A stretch of DNA of 64,000 nucleotides. Origin: Octopus bimaculoides. Taxonomy: Eukaryota. Of the stretch, positions 52,560 through 64,000 are shown in pieces. The position numbers and the translations under genes are program-made. Each line of letters starts with the position of its first letter. Position 1 is the stretch's first letter. The notes beneath the pieces were generated by a model. It saw only the letters and a program-made list of their open reading frames with translations. It was not told the origin of the DNA and searched no databases. The stretch covers positions 68,402,997-68,466,996 of the forward strand of contig NC_068983.1 in assembly GCF_001194135.2 (NCBI RefSeq). Direction: 5' to 3'.

Positions 52560-54620
52560 AGTGTTGTGATAATAATAACCAGACCATTTGCAACACTAAT
52601 TTCAAGAAACCAGCAACTTAATCACCTACCAATCAAGAAAACACACAAGCCAGATAGATATTGTACTCACCAAATGGGATAGGCAAATGGTTATGTGTAC
52701 TAAGTCTTTCACTGATGGAGAATGTACCACTCAACAAAGACTAGTGATTAGTAACTTCAGAGAAAGAACTAGACTGACCCAGAGACATAAAGCAACCTGG
52801 AGAAGGAAGGCATGGAAGCTGAAAAAAATTCTTGACTAAAACCTAAGTTCAGAGACATGTGAGAATCAGGACATAAAGGCCAGATCTGTTGTTAGAACAT
52901 GTTTCCAACTAAATTGAAAGTAGCTTGGCTTTGGAAATGCACAGTAGACAGAGCCATAAAAGCCAAGAGACAGAGCCATAAAAGTCAAGAGACAGACCTG
53001 AACAAATTGGGAAATAAGCTGGAGCATGGAAGTATACAGGGGATAAGTTAGAATCAACATACATATCTTGGAGGGAACCTGAAAGTAAGACATCTGCCAA
53101 TGTTCTGCAGTGAGAGGCTCAGAGATGTGGAGCATTCCTTGTTACAAAGGTTTGAGTCAATATGGATCAAGATATCATTGAAGTAAAATGTGTATGGAAT
53201 TACAGTAGCACATTTATCCACACATACTCTAAGAAAAACATAGCTTGTTTGTGTTATGACAAAAGGTTAGTAAATGAGAAAAAATACATGGAAGAAAGGC
53301 CAGCACTAAGTAAACCTCACAGAGAGATCAGCTGGTGAAGCTGACAGATATACAATTGAAGATAAGGAAATGAAGTTCAGAAAGCAGCTGGACCATCAGC
53401 TATATCTGACAAAACAGGGCACATTAGTCACTTATATAGTTAATCAGGTAGGATAGGGACATTTCAGATTCAATGACTGGTGCAAGAGTATTATTATCAA
53501 CTTCAAGTAATGGCAGATTAAAAAGTAACAAAAGAGTTAAAGCATAATTAATTAGAAGAGAAATTAGATGAGAAGCAGTTCAGGTTTGTGCTAGGAGAGA
53601 ATACCACCAATGCTCCCTTTCAAGTGACATAACTGGAGAAGTTTGTGACTCAGATTAAGCCATTACACCTAGCATTCATCAACCCGAAAGCCTTTGACAA
53701 GATATCATATCTTGTAGTTTGCTGGCTGATGAGAAAATTAGGCAAATGAATAGCGCTGTTAGCAGCAAGGTGAGAATTGGCAATAAGTTCAACAAGGAAT
53801 TTAGTGTTATCTAATTCTCCAGGTCATGACACAGGAGTTTAAAACTGTCTGTAAGACTCCTGTATATCAATGACTGGATCACATAACTGAATATGCCACG
53901 AATTTAGAAAAAAAAATACATGTGGAATCCAAGCCTTGATTCAAGAAGCATCAAAGTACACCTAACAGAGACAAAAAGAAAAAAGTCTTATCAAGAAAAA
54001 TAGCAGAAACTTAGTGCAATCTGGGAAGTGGGCATGCTCAATAAGCAGAAAAAGAGAATGTACAAATTTCATGTGTTGTATCCAATGAAAAGTACAGGTG
54101 CACAAAGGATGAACTGGGATCACAGGCAGGATTATGGTGAATGAAGTCATAATATGCACCAAATGCATAAGTGTAGTTAATAGTAAGAGCATCTATAAAA
54201 TAAATTCTTTCTAATTGGTGTAAATAGTAAAGAACATAGATGGATTGAAGGAGAGGATGAATAGATGGAAGGAATGTATGAAGGTGAATATCAGAAAGAT
54301 GACAATGATGGAAAGTTGTAAAACATGCAGTGAGGTGGATAGAACAGGAAAGTGGTCATGTGCAGTCTGCAGAAGGGGTGCTGAAGTAAACTCCATTAAA
54401 TGTACAATACAACTCAGTGAATTGATCAAAACTGTAGTGATATAAGAAGGTCATTCTAATGTTGTGAAGAGAAACAAGTTGAAATAACTGGAACATGTAC
54501 TGAAGAAGGATGAAAGTGACTAAAAGAGAGAAGGAAATGAGTGTGGAAGTAATGAAAAAAGAAAACCCAAGAACAACATGGCAAAAGATGATGAAAAGGT
54601 ATCAAGAAGGATTTCCAGTC
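52560..54620 (+). mobile_element. Long decayed RTE LINE segment (endonuclease end, RT, Cys insert, C-terminus)
   Basis: WRRKAWKL, EKQFRFVLGENTTNA, KPLHLAFINPKAFDK, CWLMRKLG and GKWSCAVCRRGAEVNSIKC. Confidence 0.75.
52947..52998. repeat. 22-bp tandem duplication within the LINE relic
   Basis: gacagagccataaaagccaaga then gacagagccataaaagtcaaga then gacaga. Similar short duplications at about 16025-16070 and 59308-59347. Confidence 0.8.
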
Positions 54621-55869
54621 ATAAAACACTGCTTCACAAAGTCAGAGTAATGCAAGTGAGCAAAGAGAAGTAAATACATGTTATCATCATCATTTAACAT
54701 TCAGTTTTCCAAGCTGGCATGGGTTGGACAGGATTTGTTGAGGCAGATATTCTATGACTAAAAGCCCTTCTTGTTGTCAACCTTTACCTATTCCTATGTG
54801 AGTAATATTTCACCAAGCTGGACATGTCATTCACTTACAATAATCATGTGATGTTAAGACAACACACACACATATTTACATATACATACACAACAGATTC
54901 CATTTAGTTTCTGCCTACAAAATCCATTCATATGAATTTAGTCAGCCTAGGACTATAGTAGAAGATACTTGCCCAAGGTACCACACAGTAGGACTGAACC
55001 AAGTGGTCGAGAAACAACCTTCTTAACAACACAGCTACACCTATGCTTGTGTGTTTAAATACACTCACTAGCATCATCATTTTAACATCCACTTTTTCAT
55101 ACTTGCATGGGTTGTGCAGTTATTTTTTGAGGCAGATTTCCTACAGCCAGATGGCCTTATCTATTTTCAAGCAAAGTAATATTTCCCCATTAGCAGAATA
55201 CTGGAAATGAATGGTACTCACTTACGGCAATCACATGATGTGCAGACAAGGAGACACAAACACACACACACACACAACAGGCTTCTTTCAGTTTCCTTGC
55301 ACCAAATCTAATCACAAGGCAGTGCAGTAGGACTGAACCCAAAACCCTGTGGTTAGGAAGCAAACTTCTTAACCACTCAACCACACCTGCATCTACCTTA
55401 CACACACACACACACACACACAAATATATTTTGGCAATATTCCTAAAACACAGTTATTAGAATATTTCTGTGCAGACAATAACATAATACATTGAAAACA
55501 CCATTACTGTATGCAATGCCATGGTGGGTACACATGTAAACAGGGTTAGAAATGAGGATGTAGAAGAAATTCTAAACTGCTTTGAGAACTATTAGTCTGC
55601 TTAGTGGAATATAATAAGATGTACCAGTCAGTGGGTGTTAGAAACTATCAAAAAAGAACTAACTGGTGTGTTGCTTGCTGCCAACTCAAGATTATATCAT
55701 TTGTTTATTATATAACACCTAAATACGTAACTAAACCAGGTACAAGCCAATGAAGGAAACTAGACAAATCACCCTCAAGTCACACTCTTACAATCTCACA
55801 AATGGAAGGCCACATTAGATATAGGATTGTTGGGGAAATGAAGGCAAAACTATAGTTTGGTGCCCCACC

Positions 55870-56360
55870 TCGACTTAATCTTTTAATTTTCTGTAAAATG
55901 CATAGTTTCTTGAAATTTTTGCAGAAATACGTTTTCGAGGGTGTAGATTACGATTACTGCTGATAACATTACAAAAAAAAAATAATAATAAATAAAAGTA
56001 AACGAGAAATTTCGGATAATTCTTCCCTCTCCCAACCTAGATTCCTCACAACTCTTTTCAAAATACATATTTTTAAATGACCTTTTGCAAAAATACGTTT
56101 TCGGGAGTGTAGATTATATAATGTTGATTTTTTTCCCCCAAACAAATAAGAAAAACAATAAAAAGTGCTACAGTTACAGAAATTGGTGGAAACAGTGAGG
56201 GGATAATAATCCAAAACTCGTTCAATTTTTTTCTTTCAAATTTTATCATTTTCACACACTCAAGAAAACGTTATCTCTAAAAAATTTCATGAAAAATATG
56301 TATTTTTCAAAAAGTTACGAGGAAAATAAGATGGGAGTTGAGAGAGGGAAATACCACACT
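55870..56360. mobile_element. Unclassified MITE/HINE-like repeat with an internal duplication
   Basis: 34-nt direct repeat (3 mismatches) at 55917-55950 and 56083-56116. Terminal ACTAGT near 56359. Confidence 0.35.
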
Positions 56361-57222
56361 AGTTATATTAAAAGGGAACCCCCTTCGATTATACAAGTCT
56401 CGTCGAACAGGGGCCAGCTTTAGGTTAAACAACAATGTAGCCTACTTTTGCTGCTAGATTAGCCCCTAAATAATTTTATTTTCACGATAGGAACAAGTTA
56501 TGAAGCTATATAGTGTCAATCACATAGTCTTGTAATATATACATAATTTCACTAGTGTCTGTTGTCCTCTCGGAGTACCATCTTTTAGAAAATAGAAATG
56601 AGTTGAGTTGGATGGGATTCGAACTCAAACTCTTAAAAGGATGTAACTAAATGCAAACTATTTTTGTTCGATGTTCTATCGATTCTGTCACCAATTCATT
56701 TAACAGTTTATGTACATACGACATTGACACTTACAAGTGTCTGGAATGATGCTTCTAATATATTCGTTCAATCTATGATATTTAGAATGACTATAGGAAT
56801 GTCAAATCAATGATACTCCCATTTCCGATAAGCGTGTAAGAAGAGATAGAGATTAAAACGAAGCAATATAGGTGTGAATTATCTTAGTAGACTGAACACA
56901 CAAACAAGTAATTCCAAATCGACTAACTGAAACATTATATATGATATTCACATACACAATATAAACCAAAGATTCAGTACAGTTTTCTTACACTACCACA
57001 GATTCGATTTACATCAATACTACGTTCTGGTGTTTGATAATAATTTTTTCTTCGGAGAAAGCAAGGAAGATATAAGGAAACAAAATCCAAACTCCATCTC
57101 TCAAATATCAAACAACGACGTAGAAGACATTTGTCCAAACAGAATAAGACGCAGTAAAATATACCGAAACAATATTAAAGAAGGGGGGGGGCTATCGAAG
57201 AACCAAACCATCGTTTTGTATG

Positions 57223-57259
<37 letters not shown>

Positions 57260-59072
57260 TATACATACACACACACACACAGCAAAGTGTTCCATAAAGG
57301 ACAAGATTTTATGTTATTAATATGCAAACGTTGAATTAGCTAAATGGCATATCTTGGTTCCATTCACATCTTGGATACATTATAGAATATAAATCGAGCC
57401 TTTATTTTATTCGATAGTATTCGTACTCAGAACTAAAGCGAATATCGTAAAATGTTGTCCCGATTTCCTAACGATTCTACAAGCCTACCTACCCACTTAA
57501 CCATTGTTTTCTGAGATAGGCACTAAGGCCTCAGATTCGAGGGATGAGTATTGTCGAATGTGTTGACTTTAGTACTTCATTAGTATTTTTAACACTGGCA
57601 CAATTTTACCTTAAAATTTGATGGGTAATTTATGTTATGTGCCCTGATAGAAATTGAACATAGAATGTAATATAGTAATTTTCAACACTTTCGCTATCCT
57701 TTACTCACCCCCCCCCCCCCAGCTTCGTGTATTTTGTCATTTACCTTCTCACTCCCATACAAAAATACATAGTAAATAGTACACATATCAAGCAACAAAA
57801 TTTGTTACATTTACAATTTGTTATAATCCATCTGTCGCTATCTAAACGTATGCATGACTCCTTTCAGCATACAAAATATTGGTTTGTTTGAGGGACTTAT
57901 TTGTTTTGTAAGTTTGTTGTTTTTTTCTTTCTACGGTCTAACTTCAAATACCGCCAAGGCCGGTTTCACCTTTCACCTTTTCAGGGCTGAACAAATTAAT
58001 ACCAACATGAAATAACACCCTTTTCATCAACCTAATTGTGGCCCAGTATTATTACAAATGGAAATAAACTTGCTCAGAGAATAATAGTTTCGTTGATATC
58101 ACAAATAATATACTTTACTTTCTTTGGGGTTTATTAAACAATATCATATTTATTAGAATAAATATGATGTTAATATCACAACAGCTGCACGCCATTGTCA
58201 ATGTCACATCTATCTTTGCAATGTCTCTCCTGGCGAGGCGAGTCAGCCACCCAGCAGTTAATTCTATTTCACTTGCATTGTTAATGCTTTAAAAGCCTCC
58301 TCGTGTTAATTCGTTTCTAATAAATTAATCTAAGGTATCATTTTGATATCATTACATATTCCACCCGTAGCTGTTATTAATATCACAACCAATGATAGGG
58401 AATATCACACGTCTCTCCAAAATATTGTGATGCCAAAGTCTTTCTCAAGAGCATTAGCAACAAAAATAAAGAGGCTATCACAAAACATTCAACTAGATTT
58501 GTAGAAAAATTTTAAAAAAACACACCTCATATACACACATCGAGAATTTCCTAGAGAGATACAATACAAATGAAGAATTATGGAAAGGGCTGAACTGGAA
58601 AATTTACAATATATCGTAAAAATGAACAGGCGATGACAATTTTTTGCACATGCTCTGCGTTTGACAATAGAAAGGATAATTCCATTAAGCAACTGGGTGG
58701 TTGGAAGAAAGAGAGCAAAGACAGAAACAAGTCATATCTTGGAGAGAACTTTTGTGTAGGAGCTGCAGAAGGGAGTAAGATAGAGCGAAAATAACAAGTA
58801 ACCGGTAGAAATGGAAAGAGACAAATTGCCCGGTTTCAAAAGCGAATGGACATAAAGCGCGCGCGCACACTTTCTATCAATCTATCTATCTATTTATCAA
58901 CCGTATAGATATACATACATATAAACATGTTCGCACACTGTGTTAAAATAAGGTTATAATCTAAAGCGAGTTTAATTACAGGCAATGGAACATTTAATTT
59001 ACGGATGTTGCGGTGACTCTATACTGAAAGTAGAGTAAAATTTATTAAATCAAGTTGACTGAGACTTCACTG

Positions 59073-59103
<31 letters not shown>

Positions 59104-59217
59104 TTATTTATGTGTTTTAGCCAAGTGGCTGCGGCATATATATATATATACATAAGGAAAATAGGGATGAAAACATCCAGTCTTTCATTGAGAATTGTAT
59201 ATCTCCATTTTCTATTC

Positions 59218-59248
<31 letters not shown>

Positions 59249-62200
59249 GATAACATGCATTAATGTAGACAAGTACAAAACATACAGACACATGCACAAA
59301 TATATATATGCATAAGCAAATATATATATGCATAAGCAAATATATATTCACGTGTGCGCGCGCGCGCACAATGTATATATTACACACACAATTAGAAATG
59401 TAATTTTTATGCGCTGGATCTGGAAGACGCAGTGCTGATGGCCTTCGCAAGCACTCCAAAACCGGCAAGATTATTTTTTCTAATGGTCCGCGTAAACAGT
59501 TGTAACAGCCAGAAGAAAAACATGAACAGGGAGGAAATCCCAGATGGTTGACAATATGAGAATATGGTCTAGACGTAGTGATTAGTACGGATTTGAGGGA
59601 CACACACACCCAACATGGTTGAAGGAGTGAGGAGAAACCAGAGTCGGGAGTGTCTGAATAGAAGTGGCACAAGATCAAACCAGCTCCGAGGAACACAAAC
59701 CATAATTACTGTAGCTGTAAAAAAAAGAAGAGGAGACGACGTTTAGGAGTTTAGACACGTTTGTGAATGATTGTATGCTAATAAACGAGTAGTTTTCCCC
59801 TGCATGTAGCTCTAGCTACACTAAGTATGCTTTCGCCAAGGAGAGATCTTATGATCGTAGGACCTAAAATTTAGAGTCACCATATGCGCACACACATACA
59901 TTATGTGTGTATGTAGTTGCTATGAATATATGTATGCTCGTTATCTTCATAAGGACTTTTCTAGTATAACAAATGTTTCTTTGGTAGAAAAGCTGAATTG
60001 AGTATTTTGAATACGGGAATTCAAACGATACTGCTATATTTATTCGTGCATGATGCGAAAAATCTAATTCAAAAACCATCAGGGTCATTGTACTCGTGTG
60101 TTTATCTACAAAAAATCGGAGTCGTATTATATTCGAGATTGCATTGTAATAGCAAAAAAAAAAACAAAAAAAAAAACGGTAAGTGGAACGAAGATAAATA
60201 ATAACCGTCTTTTTGCCAGGCACTGTGCCATGGGAGCACATCATACAGTTCGTTGAGGTAATTTTGCTATTTCTAAATGTCTGAAGGGACTAGAAGCCTC
60301 TGTCCTTGGCTTATATGCATTAGCCGAGTCAAAATACAAGATAACCCCATATGCCAACGAAGGAGACTGGATTGATGGAAAACAGCAACCATATATCTTC
60401 AAATCACATCCTAGAGTCTTTAAAAGATAAAGAACACATTGGACAATTTAGTTTCTCAAATACAAAAAAAAGACGAGGTGATCACGATTAGATCGTCTTT
60501 GATCATAGATCTACTCAATCAAGGATGACCTGGGGTTAAATAACTATATAACTATAAAGTTGATTCAAAGTTAAGAGACTGAAAGATAATGTAAGAGAGA
60601 GAGACAGTGAGAGTTATATTTATGCCTGTGCTACATACATGATACATACAAATGTGTGTGTACATACACACATGTGTATATAAACATAGCAAAACTTAAG
60701 AAAGATGCTGAAGTATGAAAAGGCCTCAAGCAATACAAGTATATATGTTTGAGTTAATAAATCTTATTCATTAGTGAAGGATGGAAGAGTCATAAATGAA
60801 AGAATCAAAAGTTAAAAACACCAAATCTGTTGATCTTGAAGAGAAATAACATCATAGGAAAAAGTTTGCGAAAAGTCGGCTAAGATTTTAAAATAAGAAT
60901 TATAATTATAAAAGACTGCGATTTGTAGATCGCCAGTGTAAACGGAAGAACTAAAATGTCAATCAAATAAAAACAACTGGACTTTAAATAGTAGTGGAGA
61001 GGAAAAGGAAGCGAGAAGAAGAACTGATGAAAATTTCTGAGAAATGCAAAGATTTGGGTATTTTTCAAACCCCAAAACAAACTGTAACGGATTCTGTTAT
61101 AATCGAAGGATTAGAACCTACCTGACTTCCATGGTAAATCAGTGCTCATGGGAACAATTTAAATAATTAAAAATTTGGTCGGGGTATCTGTAGGACCCCC
61201 TTCGAATAAATCACTTATGTAGCGCATCATTGCTACCAAGTTGTAACGGACACTTTCCAAATTTCCGCCATTACTTACGGGGTTAGTTTTAATTATGAGA
61301 GAGAGAGGGAGGGAAGGTTGCACATGCGCATTCGGCGTAAAACGACTTTCGCTTATCTCCCCCCCCTCTCTATGTTTCTTACTATTTCTTTTGTTTACTC
61401 CCTCGCTCTCTTTGCTGTCCCCTCCCCCTCTCTCTTTCTCTCTCTCTTTTTGCTCAGCATCCTACCAATTCCTTTCACATAAACATCATTTCTCTCCATC
61501 AGTTACTCATGTATTTCTTCACCAACCTTTGTTCACCCTCCTCTTGTCTACATTTTTGTTGGCACAAGTTTTCTTTCTCTTTTGATTCCTAAATTAATCG
61601 CACTCTCTTTCTCTTTAATTTACTTTGCACTTTCTTTATAGCTTCACTTTGTATTTTTCTCTTACTCTTAACTTTAGCCTACTTCATTTAATACACACAC
61701 ACACGTCTCATCAATAAAAAAAAAAATCCTTAGTTTCACGCCATTCTGTATGATTTAACCAGGTCTCTCTCGTTCTCTTTTCCTCTCACTTTTATCTAAT
61801 TAAGTTATTTCGACGCTCTTCCTCCCCTCCAGTTTCAACCCGTCTGCTTCAATTAACTATTTCTTCACACTTTCGTTTTCTTGACTATCTATCTATCTAC
61901 TTGTGTCTGTTCATCCTCGTTCACAAAAGTCTTAGAGAAATAATCTCAACACCTTATCATTATCTAATTTCACTTCTAATTTTTTTCCTTACTTTCTGTC
62001 TCTGTTTTCTCCTATTTTCTTATAAAAAAGGGGGGCTTTTTAACTAAAAATGACACAGAGGAAAATAAAGAAAACATAACAAAACATTTATTTCGATTTT
62101 TACCGTCTAAATCCAGACTTGTATTTTCGACTAATCTTCATGCCGTTCCTTACTCTCTGATTTCACCATTCCACGTTTCTTTAAATAAAAAAAAATATGG

Positions 62201-62344
62201 ATATTCAAAACTTTTTATTATTATTATTATTTTGTTCAAGGAGTAATTTTTTAAATATACATATCATTTTTCAATATTTCGTTGAAATTTAAAATTCAGC
62301 ATAACCGTATTAATAAACAATTGTAAATGTAAGTCTCTCCCCCC

Positions 62345-62375
<31 letters not shown>

Positions 62376-63500
62376 CACACACACACAGACACGTGTGTGT
62401 GTATAGACAAACAGATAGATAGATAGATAATTTGAGAGCGTATTCAAAACAATCCTGTGTTCTAGTTTCATTTTCAAGTTCTTTTTATTCTTTTCATAAT
62501 TCCTTGCTGGCATGTGTTGTTATCTCAAGATGAGACTAAGAAAGTTTAGAAACGTTAAATTCCTAAACAATCGGCAAGAAACACGCAATGCGTGTGTGTG
62601 TAACAGAGAGAGAGAGAGAGAGAGAGAGAAGGGGTTATGTGTGTATGACCAATGTCATATTAAATAATTTTTTGTTAGATGGATGATTGATGGAGGTTTG
62701 TCAAACTTAAAGTTTTTTTAAGGCATTTCTTGAAAGAAGAGAAAAAAAAAGACAAATATTTCAATCTAATTCAAAACAACCTTATAACCTGTCAATCAGA
62801 TGCTGTTAACCTCCACAGTGTCTAGCCAAACAGCTGCGACCTTAATTCTGACTTCTCGATGCAGAGTTCAAATGCCAAAATGAATTTGGCCTTTCATTCT
62901 TTAAACAGGTGCTAATGAATGACCACAAATCTACATACTACCAGCTATTCCTTTAGATGATTAGTAATATGTAATAAGAGAAATTGTGGTGCCTAAACTA
63001 AGAATGAGGACATAAACACTTTGAGAATAAACTTATCTAATCTTTACTGAAAAAGTGCTTGTCCAGAAATTTGTTGCTCCCTTGTACTATTTGTTGTTGA
63101 TATTTCCCTCCCGGGTTATTCCGCCATGATTGATTTTGCTTTTCATCCTTTTAGGATCAATAAAATAAGTACCAGTGGTCGATATAATCGACTGTTGCCC
63201 TCCCAACAAAATTTCAGACTTTGTGCCTATTGTGGAAAGGATATTTTAGCTACAGGTCATCCCTGATTGAACAAACTAATGATCAAAAGTATTTCAGCAA
63301 TGACTATTCCTCTAATATCTTGAATGTACAAAATGAACGCATGACTGCCACTATTATATTTAGAGCACCATGTAGATTATCATATTCCAGTCTGCTTCCA
63401 GTATAGTGGTTAAGTAACTCCTATACTAAATAGTATTATTAGTTATGAAATATAGTGCAAATATAGAAATTGCTAGTTCTCTGTAACTTAATGCAATAAA
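55900..63500. promoter_or_regulatory. Second CpG-retaining domain; distal promoter or unmethylated intergenic region
   Basis: Hand count: 16 CpG in 59401-59880. Intact (GC)n tracts at 58857 and 59356. Clustered ATATCACA motifs at 58096-58409. Confidence 0.45.
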
Positions 63501-63863
63501 GTGTTCCCTGATTATCTGTTCTGGTTAAGCATCCAATACGAAGTTTCAAACTGTCATAATGGTGAACCATATGTAGGAACTAATAATACAAACTTGTGCA
63601 CATCTTAATTTCTCATATATATATAGAGAGACTGTGTTTTCCAAAATGGAGGCAAACACCTTTCTCCATGTGATTGGCTTAAAAAATTATTAAGTCACTA
63701 GGATATTTTCCTATTTTTCTTAACATGAAACCAATGGTAAACTTAATTCACAAATAAAGAAATTATTTCCACCAATGCAGTGTTGAGCACTTGCTTCATC
63801 ATTCAACATTTATGTATATATATATATATATATATATATACATACATATATATATAAATATAT

Positions 63864-64000
63864 CATCATCATCGTCATCATCGTTTAACGTCCGCTTTCC
63901 ATGCTAGCATGGGTTGGACGATTTGACTGAGGACTGGTGAAACCGGATGGCAACACCAGGCTCCAATCTAATTTGGCAGAGTTTCTACAGCTGGATGCCC
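63864..64000 (-). mobile_element. Young copy of the same RTE-3'-UTR family, running off the window
   Basis: Nearly identical to the start of the 10584 copy: one substitution and one 2-bp indel after the tail. Confidence 0.88.

Noticed and set aside
57030-57320. 96-aa plus-strand ORF
   Set aside because: No homology recognised, and it ends in TA/CA microsatellite.
59100-59696. 198-aa ORF
   Set aside because: It crosses TA/CA microsatellites and has no recognisable domain or splice support.

Overview
AT-rich, microsatellite- and transposon-dense animal genomic DNA. The SINE/LINE families look like those of octopus (recalled from memory, not searched). The only host protein-coding sequence I can support is the 5' end of a minus-strand centrosomin/CDK5RAP2/myomegalin-family gene. 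Three GT-AG exons (11942-11866, 6698-6631, 1649-1545) splice in frame to ...DSQSDKMREGECLDLEDSPEQVSLTV-NSPNVSGHLTPMRTNTMKECEQ-LIEELRKENFSLKLRIYFLEDRCRQKFGSDDTFKM, which is the gamma-TuRC-activating CM1 motif. The gene continues beyond position 1. The rest of the window is intron or upstream DNA. It holds RTE LINE fragments, R4/Dong-like and HERO-like retrotransposon 3' fragments, tRNA-derived SINEs, decayed mariner and Tc1 elements, hAT, Tigger and piggyBac-like MITEs and a Helitron-like element. Two CpG-retaining domains (about 41.9-45.4 kb and 55.9-63.5 kb) are probable promoter regions. I found no clear-cut novel system. The best leads are candidate upstream exons that could give CM1 alternative N-termini, inverted-repeat pairs enclosing the first coding exon, a Cys at a normally aromatic CM1 position, and several informative transposon structures.
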